This document shows, piece after piece, positions 12,721 to 24,923 of a stretch of DNA of 64,000 nt. Both the position numbers and the translations under genes were made by a program. The stretch is taken from positions 255,440,001 through 255,504,000 of the forward strand of contig OZ024741.1 of assembly GCA_964016885.1 (NCBI GenBank), given 5' to 3'. The notes under the pieces were generated by a model. That model made no database searches, was not told the origin of the DNA, and worked only from the letters and a program-made list of their open reading frames with translations. Each line of letters starts with the position of its first letter. Position 1 is the first letter of the stretch. Source of the DNA: Eledone cirrhosa (Eukaryota).

Positions 12721-12797
12721 AAATAACAAATAGACGCGGTTTCAAATCTCTATGCTTTTCAAATTCATTACATTAATCTTTATTTATACGTTTCGCT
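12721..12797. repeat. 77-bp cassette, copy 5
   Basis: Same sequence; 832 bp after copy 4. Confidence 0.95.
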
Positions 12798-14500
12798 TTA
12801 CGAGTGTTTCGACTTACGAGTGTTTCGACATACGAGTGTTTCGGCTTACGAGTGTTTCGACTTACGAGTGTTTCGACTTACGAGTGTTTCGGCTTACGAG
12901 TGTTTTGACTTACGAATGTTTTGACTTACGATTGTTTCGGCTTACGAGTGTTTCGACTTACGAGTGTTCTGACTACGAGTGTTCTGACTTACGGGTGTTC
13001 TGACTTACGAGTGTTCCGACTTACGAGTGTTTCGGCTTATGAGTGTTTCGACTTACGAGTGCTTCGACTTACGAGTGTTTCGGCTTACGGGTGTTTCGAC
13101 TTACGAATGTTTTTGCTTACGAGTGTTTCGGCTTACGAGTGTTTCGGCTTATGAGTGTTTCGACTTACGAGTGTTTTGACTTACGGGTGTTTTGACATAC
13201 GAGTGTTTCGATACGATTGTTCTGACTTACGAGTGTTTCCGCTTACGAGTGTTTCGGCTTACGAGTGTTTCGACTTACTAATGTTTTTACTTACGAGTGT
13301 TTCGGTGTACGAGTGTTTCGACTTAAGGATGTTTCGACTTACGAGTGTTTCGACTTACGAGTGTTTCGACTTAGGAGTGTTTCGACTTACGAGTGTTTTG
13401 GCTTACGAATGTTTTGACTTACGGGTGTTTCGACTTACGAGTGTTTCGGCTTATGAGTGTTTCGACTTACGGGCGTTTCGACTTACGGGTGTTTCGACTT
13501 ACGAGTGTTTTGGCTTACGAATGTTTTGACTTACGGGTGTTTCGACTTACGAGTGTTTCGACTTATGAGTGTTTGGACTTACGAGTGTTTCGGCTTATGA
13601 GTGTTTCGACTTACGAGTGCTTCGGCTTACGAGTGTTTCGACTGACGAATGTTTTGGCTTACGAGTGTTTCGGCTTATGAGTGTTTCGGCTTACGAGTGT
13701 TTCGACTTACGAGGGTTTCGGCTTACGAGTGTTTCAGTGTTTCGGCTTACGTGTGTTTCGACTTACGAGTGTTTCGACTTACGACTGTTTCGGCTTACGA
13801 GTGTTTCGGCTTACGAGTGTTTCGGCTTACGAGTGTTTTGAATTACGATTGTTTGGCTTACGAGTGTTCTGACTTACGGGTGTTCTGACTTACGAGGGTT
13901 CCGACTTACGAGTGTTTCGGCTTATGAGGGTTTCGACTTACGAGTGCTTCGGCTTACGAGTGTTTCGACTTACGTGTGTTTCGGCTTACGAGTGTTTCGA
14001 CTTACGGTGTTTCGGCTTACGAGTGTTTCGACATACGAGTGTTTTGACGTACGGGTGTTTCGACTTACGGGTCTTTCGACTTAAGAGTGTTTCGACTTAC
14101 GAGCGCTTCGACTTACGAGTGTTTCGACTTACGAGTGTTTCGACTTACGAGTGTTTCGAATTACGAGTGTTTCGACTTACGAGTGTTTTGACTTACGAGT
14201 GTTTTGACTTACGGTGTTTCTGCTTACGAGTGTTTCGACTTACGAGTGTTATGACTTACGGGTGTTTTGACATACGAGTGTTTCGACTTACGAGTGTTTT
14301 GACTTACGGGTGTTTTGACATACGAGTGTTTCGATAGGAGTGTTTCGAATTACGAGTGTTCTGACTTACGAGTGTTCTGACTTACGAGTGTTCTGACTTA
14401 CGAGTGTTCTGACTTACGAGTGTTCTGACTTACGAGTGTTCCGACTTTACGAGTGTTTCGGCTCACGAGTGTTTCGGCTTACGAGTGTTTCGACTTACGA

Positions 14501-14577
14501 AAATAACAAATAGACGCGGTTTCAAATCTCTATGCTTTTCAAATTCATTACATTAATCTTTATTTATACGTTTCGCT
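14501..14577. repeat. 77-bp cassette, copy 6
   Basis: Same sequence as 881-957. Confidence 0.95.
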
Positions 14578-15807
14578 TTACGAGTGTTTCGACTTACGAG
14601 TGTTTCGACATACGAGTGTTTCGGCTTACGAGTGTTTTGATTTACAAGTGTTTTGACTTACGGGTGCTTCGACTTACGCGTGTTTCGACTTACGAGTGTT
14701 TCGACTTACGAGTGTTTCGGCTTATGAGTGTTTTGACTTACGAATGTTTTGACTTACGATTGTTTCGGCTTACGAGTGTTTCGACTTACGAGTGTTCTGA
14801 CTACGAGTGTTCTGACTTACGGGTGTTCTGACTTACGAGTGTTCTGACTTACGAGTGTTTCGGCTTATGAGTGTTTCGACTTACGAGTGCTTCGACTTAC
14901 GAGTGTTTCGGCTTACGGGTGTTTCGACTTACGAATGTTTTTGCTTACGAGTGTTTCGGCTTACGAGTGTTTCGGCTTATGAGTGTTTCGACTTACGAGT
15001 GTTTTGACTTACGGGTGTTTTGACATACGAGTGTTTCGATACGATTGTTCTGACTTACGAGTGTTTCCGCTTACGAGTGTTTCGGCTTACGATTGTTTCG
15101 ACTTACTAATGTTTTTACTTACGAGTGTTTCGGTGTACGAGTGTTTCGACTTACGAGTGTTTCGACTTACGAGTGTTTCGACTTACGAGTGTTTCGACTT
15201 ACGAGTGTTTTGGCTTACGAATGTTTTGACATACGGGTGTTTCGGCTTACGAGTGTTTCGACTTACGAGTGTTTCGGCTTGCGAGTGTTTCGACTTACTA
15301 ATGTTTTTACTTACGAGTGTTTCGACTTACGAGTGTTCTGACTTACGAGTGTTCTGATTTACGGATGTTTCGACATACGAGTGTTTCGACTTACGAGTGT
15401 TTCGACTTACGAGTGTTTTGACTTACGGGTGTTTTGACATACGAGTGTTTCGATACGAGTGTTTCGACTTACGAGTGTTCTGACTTACGAGTGTTCTGAC
15501 TTACGAGTGTTCTGACTTACGAGTGTTCTGATTTACGAGAGTTCCGACTTACGAGTGTTTCGACTTACGAGTGTTTCGACTTACGAGTGTTCCGACTTAC
15601 GGGTGTTTCGACTTACGAGTGGTTTGGCTTACGGTGTTTCGGCTTACGAGTGTTTCGAGTTACGAGTGTTTTGACTTACGCGTGTTTGACATACGAGTGT
15701 TTCGATACGAGTGTTCTGACTTACGAGTGTTCTGACTTACGAGTGTTCCGACTTTACGAGTGTTTCGGCTCACGAGTGTTTCGGCTTACGAGTGTTTCGA
15801 CTTACAA

Positions 15808-15884
15808 AAATAACAAATAGACGCGGTTTCAAATCTCTATGAATTTCAAATTCATTACATTAATCTTTATTTATACGTTTCGCT
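15808..15884. repeat. 77-bp cassette, copy 7 (variant allele)
   Basis: tatgaatttc replaces tatgcttttc; left flank ttacaa replaces ttacga. Confidence 0.95.
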
Positions 15885-18800
15885 TTACGAGTGTTTCGAC
15901 TTACGAGTGTTTCGACATACGAGTGTTTCGACTTCCGAATGTTTTCGCTTACGGGTGTATCGACTTACGAATGTTTCGGCTTACGAGTGTTTCGGCTTAC
16001 GAGTGTTCCGACTTAGGAGTGTTTCGGCTTACGGGTGTTTCCGGCTTACGAGTGTTTCGACTTTAGAGTGTTTCGACTTTAGAGTGTTTTGACTTACGGT
16101 GTTTCGGCTTACGAGTGATTCGACTTACGAGTGTTTTGACTTACGAGTGTTTCGACTTACGAGTGTTTTGACTTACGAATGTTTTGACTTACGGGTGTTT
16201 CGGCTTACGAGTGTTTCGACTTACGAGTGTTTCGGCTTGCGAGTGTTTCGACTTACTAATGTTTTTACTTACGAGTGTTTAGGCGTACGAGTGTTTCGAC
16301 TTACGAGTGTTTCGACTTACGGGTGTTTTGACTTACGGGTGTTTCGGCTTACCAGTGTTTCGACTTACGAGTGATTTGACTTACGAGTGTTTCGGATTAC
16401 GAGTGTTTTGACTTCAGGGTGTTTAGACTTACGAGTGTTTCGATACGAGTGTTTCGACTTACGAGTGTTCTGACTTACGAGTATTCTGATTTACGGATGT
16501 TTCGACACACGAGTGTTTCGAATTACGAGTGTTTCGACTTACGAGTGTTTTGACTTACGGGTGTTTTGACATACGAGTGTTTCGATACGAGTGTTTCGAC
16601 TTATGAGTGTTTCGACTTACGAGTGTTCTGACTTACGAGTGTTCTGACTTACGAGTGTTCTGATTTACGGATGTTTCGACACACGAGTGTTTCGATACGA
16701 GTGTTTCGACTTACGAGTGTTTCGACTTATGAGTGTTTCGACTTACGAGTGTTCTGACTTACGAGTGTTCTGACTTACGAGTGTTCCGACTTACGAGTGT
16801 TTCGGTTTACGAGTGTTTCGACATACGAGTGTTTTGACTTACGGGTGTTTCGACTTACGGGTGTTTCGACTTACGAGTGTTTTGGCTTACGAGTGTTTCG
16901 ACTTACTAATGTTTTTACTTACGAGTGTTTCGGTGTACGAATGTTTTGACTTAAGGATGTTTCGACTTACGAGTGTTTCGACTTACGAGTGTTTCGGCTT
17001 ACGTGAGTTTCGACTTAAGATTGTTCTGATTTACGAGTGTTCTGACTTACGAGTGTTTCGGCTTATGAGTGTTTCGACTTACGAGTGTTTCGGCTTACGA
17101 GTGTTTCGACTTATGGGTGTTTCGAATTACGAGTGTTTTTACTTACGGTGTTTCGGCTTACGAGTGTTTCGACATACGAGTGTTTTGACTTACGGGTGTT
17201 TCGGCTTACGAGTGTTTCGACTTACGAGTGTTTTGACTTACGGGTGTTTCGACTTACGAGTATTTTTGGCTTACGAGTGTTTCGACTTACGAGTGTTTTG
17301 ACTTACGAGTGTTCTGATTTACGGATGTTTCGACATACGAGTGTTTCGACTTACGAGTGTTTCGACTTATGAGTGTTTCGACTTACGAGTGTTTCGGCTT
17401 ACGAGTGTTTTGACTTACGGTGTTTCGGCTTACGAGTGTTTCGACTTACGAGTGTTTTGACTTACGGGTGATTTGACATACGAGTGTTTCGATACGAGTG
17501 TTCTGACTTACGAGTGTTTTGACTTACGAGTGTTCTGACTTACGAGTGTTCTGACTTACGAGTGTTCCGACTTACGAGTGTTCCGACTTACGAGTGTTTC
17601 GGCTTACGAGTGTTTCCGGCTTACGAGTGTTTCGACTTCCGAGTGTTTTGACTTACGGTGTTTCGGCTTACGAGTGATTCGACTTACGAGTGTTTTGACT
17701 TACGGGTGATTTGACTTACGGGTGTTGTGAATTACGAGTGTTCCGATTTACGAGTGTTTTGACTTACGGTGTTTCGGCTTACGAGTGATTCGACTTATGG
17801 GTGTTTCGACTTACGAGTGTTTTTACTTACGGTGTTTCGGCTTACGAGTGTTTCGACATACGAGTGTTTTGACTTACGGGTGTTTCGGCTTACGAGTGTT
17901 TCGACTTACGAGTGTTTTGACTTACGGGTGTTTCGACTTACGGTGTTTCGGCTTACGAGTGTTTCGACTAACGAGTGTTTTGACTTACGGGTGTTTTGAC
18001 ATACGAGTGTTTCGATACGAGTGTTCTGACTTACGAGTGTTCTGACTTACGAGTGTTTTGACTTACGAGTGTTCTGACTTACGAGTGTTCCGACTTACGA
18101 GTGTTCCGACTTACGAGTGTTTCGGCTTACGAGTGTTTACGGCTTACGAGTGTTTCGACTTCCGAGTGTTTTGACTTACGGTGTTTCGGCTTACGAGTGA
18201 TTCGACTTACGAAGGTTTTGACTTACGGGTGATTTGACTTACGGGTGTTGTGAATTACGAGTGTTGCGATTTACTAGTGTTTTGACTTACGGTGTTTCGG
18301 CTTACGAGTGATTCGACTTACGAATGTTTTGACTTACGGCTGTTTCGGCTTGCGAGTGTTTCGACTTACGAGTGTTTCGGCTTATGGGTGTTTCGACTTA
18401 CTAATGTTTTTACTTACGAGTGTTTCGGCGTACGAGTGTTTTGACTTACGAGTGTTTCGACTTACGAGTGTTTCGACTTACGAGTGTTTCGGCTTACGTG
18501 AGTTTCGACTTAAGAGTGTTCTGATTTACGAGTGTTCTGACTTGCGGGTGTTCTGATTTACGAGTGTTCCGACGTACGAGTGTTTCGGCTTATTAGTGTT
18601 TCGACTTACGAGTGTTTCGGCTTACGAGTGTTTCGACTTATGGGTGTTTCGACTTACGAGTGTTTTTACTTACGGTGTTTCGGCTTACGAGTGTTTCGAC
18701 ATACGAGTGTTTTGACTTACGGGTGTTTCGACTTACGAGTGTTTTGACTTACGAATGTTTTGACTTACGGGTGTTTCGGCTTACGAGTGTTTCGACTTAC

Positions 18801-21800
18801 GAGTGTTTCGGCTTACGAGTGTTTCGACTTACTAATGTTCTTACTTACGAATGTTTCGGCGTACGAGAGTTTTGACTTACGAGTGTTTCGACTTACGAGT
18901 GTTTCGACTTACGAGTGTTTTAACTTACGAATGTTTTGACTTACGGGTGTTTCGGCTTACGAGTGTTTCGACTTACGAGTCTTTCGGCTTACGAGTGTTT
19001 CGACTTACTAATGTTTTTACTTACGAGTGTTTCGGCGTAGTGTTTCGACTTACGAGTGTTTCGACTTACGGGTGTTTTGACTTACGGGTGTTTCGGCTTA
19101 CGAGTGTTTTGACTTACGAGTGTTTTGACTTAAGGGTGTTTCGACTTACGAGTATTTTTGGCTTACGAGTGTTTCGACTTACGAGTGTTTTGACTTACGA
19201 GTGTTCTGATTTACGGATGTTTCGACATACGAGTGTTTCGACTTACGAGTGTTTCGACTTATGACTGTTTCGACTTACGAGTGTTTCGGCTTATGAGTGT
19301 TTCGACTTACGAGTGCTTCGGCTTACGAGTGTTTCGACTTACGAGTATTTCGGCTTTCGAGTGTTTCGACGTAAGAATGTTTTGGCTTACGAGTGTTTCG
19401 GCTTATGAGTGTTTCGGCTTACGAGTGTTTCGACTTACGAGTGTTTCGGCTTACGAGTGTTTCAGTGTTTCGGCTTACGTGTGTTTCGACTTACGAGTGT
19501 TTCGACTTACGACTGTTTCGGCTTACGAGTGTTTCGGCTTACGAGTGTTTCGACTTACGAGTGTTTTGACTTACGAATGTTTTGACTTACGGGTGTTTCG
19601 GCTTACGAGTGTTTCGACTTACGAGTCTTTCGGCTTACGAGTGTTTCGACTTACTAATGTTTTTACTTACGAGTGTTTCGGCGTACGAGTGTTTGGACTT
19701 ACGAGTGTTTCGACTTACGGGTGTTTTGACTTACGGGTGTTTCGGCTTACGAGTGTTTTGACTTACGAGTGTTTTGACTTAAGGGTGTTTCGACTTACGA
19801 GTATTTTTGGCTTACGAGTGTTTCGACTTACGAGTGTTTTGACTTACGAGTGTTCTGATTTACGGATGTTTCGACATACGAGTGTTTCGACTTACGAGTG
19901 TTTCGACTTACTAATGTTCTTACTTACGAGTGTTTCGGCGTACGAGAGTTTTGACTTACGAGTGTTTCGACTTACGAGTGTTTCGACTTACGAGTGTTTT
20001 GACTTACGAATGTTTTGACTTACGGGTGTTTCGGCTAACGAGTGTTTCGACTTACGAGTCTTTCGGCTTACGAGTGTTTCGACTTACTAATGTTTTTACT
20101 TACGAGTGTTTCGGCGTACGAGTGTTTCGACTTACGAGTGTTTCGACTTACGGGTGTTTAGACTTACGGGTGTTTCGGCTTACGAGTGTTTTGACTTACG
20201 AGTGTTTTGACTTAAGGTTGTTTCGACTGACGAGTATTTTTGGCTTACGAGTGTTTCGACTTACGAGTGTTTTGACTTACGAGTGTTCTGATTTACGGAT
20301 GTTTCGACATACGAGTGTTTCGACTTACGAGTGTTTCGACTTATGAGTGTTTCGACTTACGAGTGTTTCGGCTTATGAGTGTTTCGACTTACGAGTGCTT
20401 CGGCTTACGAGTGTTTCGACTTACGAGTATTTCGGCTTACGAGTGTTTCGACGTACGAATGTTTTGGCTTACGAGTGTTTCGGCTTATGAGTGTTTCGGC
20501 TTACGAGTGTTTCGACTTACGAGTGTTTCGGCTTACGAGTGTTTCAGTGTTTCGGCTTACGTGTGTTTCGACTTACGATTGTTTCGACTTACGACTGTTT
20601 CGGCTTACGAGTGTTTCGGCTTGCGAGTGTTTCGGCTTACGAGTGTTTTGACTTACGAGTGTTTTGACTTACGATTGTTTGGCTTACGAGTGTTCTGACT
20701 TACGGGTGTTCTGACTTTCGAATGTTCCGACTTACGAGTGTTTCGGCTTATGAGGGTTTCGACTTACGAGTGCTTCGGCTTACGAGTGTTTCGACTTACG
20801 AGTGTTTCGGCTTACGAGTGTTTCGACTTACGAGTGTTTCGACTTACGAGTGTTTTGACTTACGGTGTTTCGGCTTACGAGTGTTTCGACATACGAGTGT
20901 TTTGACGTACGGGTGTTTCGACTTACGGGTCTTTCGACTTAAGAGTGTTTCGACTTACGAGCGCTTCGACTTACGAGTGTTTCGACTTACGAGTGTTTCG
21001 GCGTATGAGTGTTTTGACTTACGAGTGTTTCGACTTACGAGTGTTTCGAATTACGAGTGTTTCGACTTACGAGTGTTTTGACTTACGAGTGTTTTGACTT
21101 CGGTGTTTCTGCTTACGAGTGTTTCGACTTACGAGTGTTATGACTTACGGGTGTTTTCACATACGAGTGTTTCGACTTACGAGTGTTTTGACTTACGGGT
21201 GTTTTGACATACTAGTGTTTCGATACGAGTGTTCTGACTTACGAGTGTTCTGACTTACGAGTGTTCTGACTTACGAGTGTTTCGACATACGAGTGTTTTG
21301 ACTTACGGGTGTTTCGACTTACGAGTGTTTTCACTTACGAATGTTTTGACTTACGGGTGTTTCGGCTTACGAGTGTTTCGACTTACGAGTGTTTCGGCTT
21401 ACGAGTGTTTCGACTTACTAATATTTTTACTTACGAGTGTTTCGGCGTACGAGAGTTTTGACTTACGCGTGTTTCGACTTGCGAGTGTTTCGACTTACGA
21501 GTATTTTGACTTACGAATGTTTTGACTTACGGGTGTTTCGGCTTACGAGTGTTTCGACTTACGAGTCTTTCGGCTTACGAGTGTTTCGACTTACTAATGT
21601 TTTTACTTACGAGTGTTTCGGCGTACGAGTGTTTCGACTTCCGAGTGTTTCGACTTACGGGTGTTTTGACTGACGGGTGTATCGGCTTACGAGTGTTTTG
21701 ACTTACGAGTGTTTTGACTTAAGGGTGTTTCGACTTACGAGTATTTTTGGCTTACGAGTGTTTCGACTTACGAGTGTTTTGACTTACGAGTGTTCTGATT

Positions 21801-22472
21801 TACGGATGTTTCGACATACGAGTGTTTCGACTTACGAGTGTTTCGACTTATGAGTGTTTCGACTTACGAGTGTTTCGACTTACGAGTGTTTCGGCTTGTG
21901 ATTGTTTCGACTTACGAGTGTTTTGACTTACGGTGTTTCAGCTTACGAGTGTTTCGACTTACGAGTGTTTTGACTTACGGGTGTTTTGACATACGAGTGT
22001 TTCGATACGAGTGTTCTGACTTACGAGTGTTCTGACTTACGAGTGTTTTGACTTACGAGTGTTCTGACTTACGAGTGTTCCGACTTACGAGTGTTCCGAC
22101 TTACGAGTGTTTCGGCTTACGAGTGTTTTGACTTAAGGGTGTTTCGACTTACGAGTGTTTCGATACGAGTGTTTCGACTTACGAGTGTTTCGGCTTACGA
22201 GTGTTTCGACTTACGAGTGTTTCGACTTACGAGTGTTCCGACTTACGGGTGTTTCGACTTACGAGTGTTTTGGCTTACGGTGTTTCGACTTACGAGTGTT
22301 TCGAGTTAAGAGTGTTTTGACTTACGAGTGTTCTGATTTACGAGTGTTCTGACTTACGAGTGTTCTGAGTTACGAGTGTTCTGACTTACGAGTCTTCTGA
22401 CTTACGAGTGTTCCGACTTTACGAGTGTTTCGGCTCACGAATGTTTCGGCTTACGAGTGTTTCGACTTACGA

Positions 22473-22549
22473 AAATAACAAATAGACGCGGTTTCAAATC
22501 TCTATGCTTTTCAAATTCATTACATTAATCTTTATTTATACGTTTCGCT
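22473..22549. repeat. 77-bp cassette, copy 8
   Basis: Same sequence; copy 2 +16309. Confidence 0.95.
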
Positions 22550-24846
22550 TTACGAGTGTTTCGACTTACGAGTGTTTCGACATACGAGTGTTTCGACTTA
22601 CGAATGTTTTTGCTTACGGGTGTTTCGACTTACGAATGTTTTTGCTTACGAGTGTTTCGGTTTACGAGTGTTCCGACTTACGAGTGTTCCGACTTACGAG
22701 TGTTTCGGCTTACGAGTGTTTCCGGCTTACGAGTGTTTCAACTTACGAGTGTTCTGACTTACGAGTGTTCTGACTTACGGATGTTTCGACACACGAGTGT
22801 TTCGAATTACGAGTGTTTCGACTTACGAGTGTTTTGACTTACGGGTGTTTTGACATACGAGTGTTTCGATACGAGTGTTTCGACTTACGAGTGTTCTGAC
22901 TTACGAGTGTTCTGATTTACGGATGTTTCGACATACGAGTGTTTCGACTTACGAGTGTTTCGACTTATGAGTGTTTCGACTTACGAGTGTTTCGGCTTAC
23001 GAGTGTTTCGACTTACGAGTGTTTTGACTTACGGTGTTTCGGCTTACGAGTGTTTCGACTTACGAGTGTTTTGACTTACGGGTGTTTTGACATACGAGTG
23101 TTTCGATACGAGTGTTCTGACTTACGAGTGTTCTGACTTACGAGTGTTCTGACTTACGAGTGTTCTGACTTACGAGTGTTCTGATTTACGGATGTTTCGA
23201 CATACGAGTGTTTCGACTTACGAGTGTTTCGACTTATGAGTGTTTCGACTTACGAGTGTTTCGGCTTACGAGTGTTTCGACTTACGAGTGTTTTGACTTA
23301 CGGTGTTTCGGCTTACGAGTGTTTCGACTTACGAGTGTTTTGACTTACGGGTGTTTTGACATACGAGTGTTTCGATACGAGTGTTCTGACTTACGAGTGT
23401 TCTGACTTACGAGTGTTTTGACTTACGAGTGTTCTGACTTACGGGTGTTTCGACTTACGAGTATTTTTGGCTTACGAGTGTTTCGACTTACGAGTGTTTT
23501 GACTTACGAGTGTTCTGATTTACGGATGTTTCGACATACGAGTGTTTCGACTTACGAATGTTTCGACTTATGAGTGTTTCGACTTACGAGTGTTTCGGCT
23601 TACGAGTGTTTCGACTTACGAGTGTTTTGACTTACGGTGTTTCGGCTTACGAGTGTTTCGACTTACGAGTGTTTTGACTTACGGGTGTTTTGACATACGA
23701 GTGTTTCGATACGAGTGTTCTGACTTACGAGTGTTCTGACTTACGAGTGTTTTGACTTACGAGTGTTCTGACTTACGAGTGTTCCGACTTACGAGTGTTC
23801 CGACTTACGAGTGTTTCGGCTTACGAGTGTTTCCGGCTTACGAGTGTTTCGACTTCCGAGTGTTTTGACTTACGGTGTTTCGGCTTACGAGTGATTCGAC
23901 TTACGAGTGTTTTGACTTACGGGTGATTTGACTTACGGGTGTTGTGAATTTCGAGTGTTCCGATTTACGAGTGTTTTGACTTACGGTGTTTCGGCTTACG
24001 AGTGATTCGACTTACGAATGTTTTGACTTACGGGTGTTTCGGCTTGCGAGTGTTTCGACTTACGAGTGTTTCGGCTTATGGGTGTTTCGACTTACTAATG
24101 TTTTTACTTACGAGTGTTTCGGCGTACGAGTGTTTTGACTTACGAGTGTTTCGACTTACGAGTGTTTCGACTTACGAGTGTTTCGACTTACGAGTGTTTC
24201 GGCTTACGTGAGTTTCGACTTAAGAGTGTTCTGATTTACGAGTGTTCTGACTTGCGGGTGTTCTGATTTACGAGTGTTCCGACTTACGAGTGTTTCGGCT
24301 TATTAGTGTTTCGACTTATGGGTGTTTCGACTTACGAGTGTTTTTACTTACGGTGTTTCGGCTTACGAGTGTTTCGACATACGAGTGTTTTGACTTACGG
24401 GTGTTCTGACTTACGAGTGTTTTGACTTACGAGTGTTCTGACTTACGAGTGTTCCGACTTACGAGTGTTCCGACTTACGAGTGTTTCGGCTTACGAGTGT
24501 TTTGACTTAAGGGTGTTTCGACTTACGAGTGTTTCGATACGAGTGTTTCGACTTACGAGTGTTTCGGCTTACGAGTGTTTCGACTTACGAGTGTTTCGAC
24601 TTACGAGTGTTCCGACTTACGGGTGTTTCGACTTACGAGTGTTTTGGCTTACGGTGTTTCGACTTACGAGTGTTTCGAGTTAAGAGTGTTTTGACTTACG
24701 AGTGTTCTGATTTACGAGTGTTCTGACTTACGAGTGTTCTGACTTACGAGTGTTCTGACTTACGAGTGTTCTGACTTACGAGTGTTCCGACTTTACGACT
24801 GTTTCGGCTCACGAATGTTTCGGCTTACGAGTGTTTCGACTTACGA

Positions 24847-24923
24847 AAATAACAAATAGACGCGGTTTCAAATCTCTATGCTTTTCAAATTCATTACATT
24901 AATCTTTATTTATACGTTTCGCT
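24847..24923. repeat. 77-bp cassette, copy 9
   Basis: Same sequence; copy 3 +16309. Confidence 0.95.

Larger units (their letters stand above)
1480..17788 (+). repeat. 16,309-bp higher-order repeat, copy 1
   Basis: ORFs from 1999 to 17085 recur at exactly +16309 (1999/18308, 6195/22504, 15839/32148, 17085/33394). Cassette spacings 2374-3351-832-1780-1307 recur. Confidence 0.95.
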
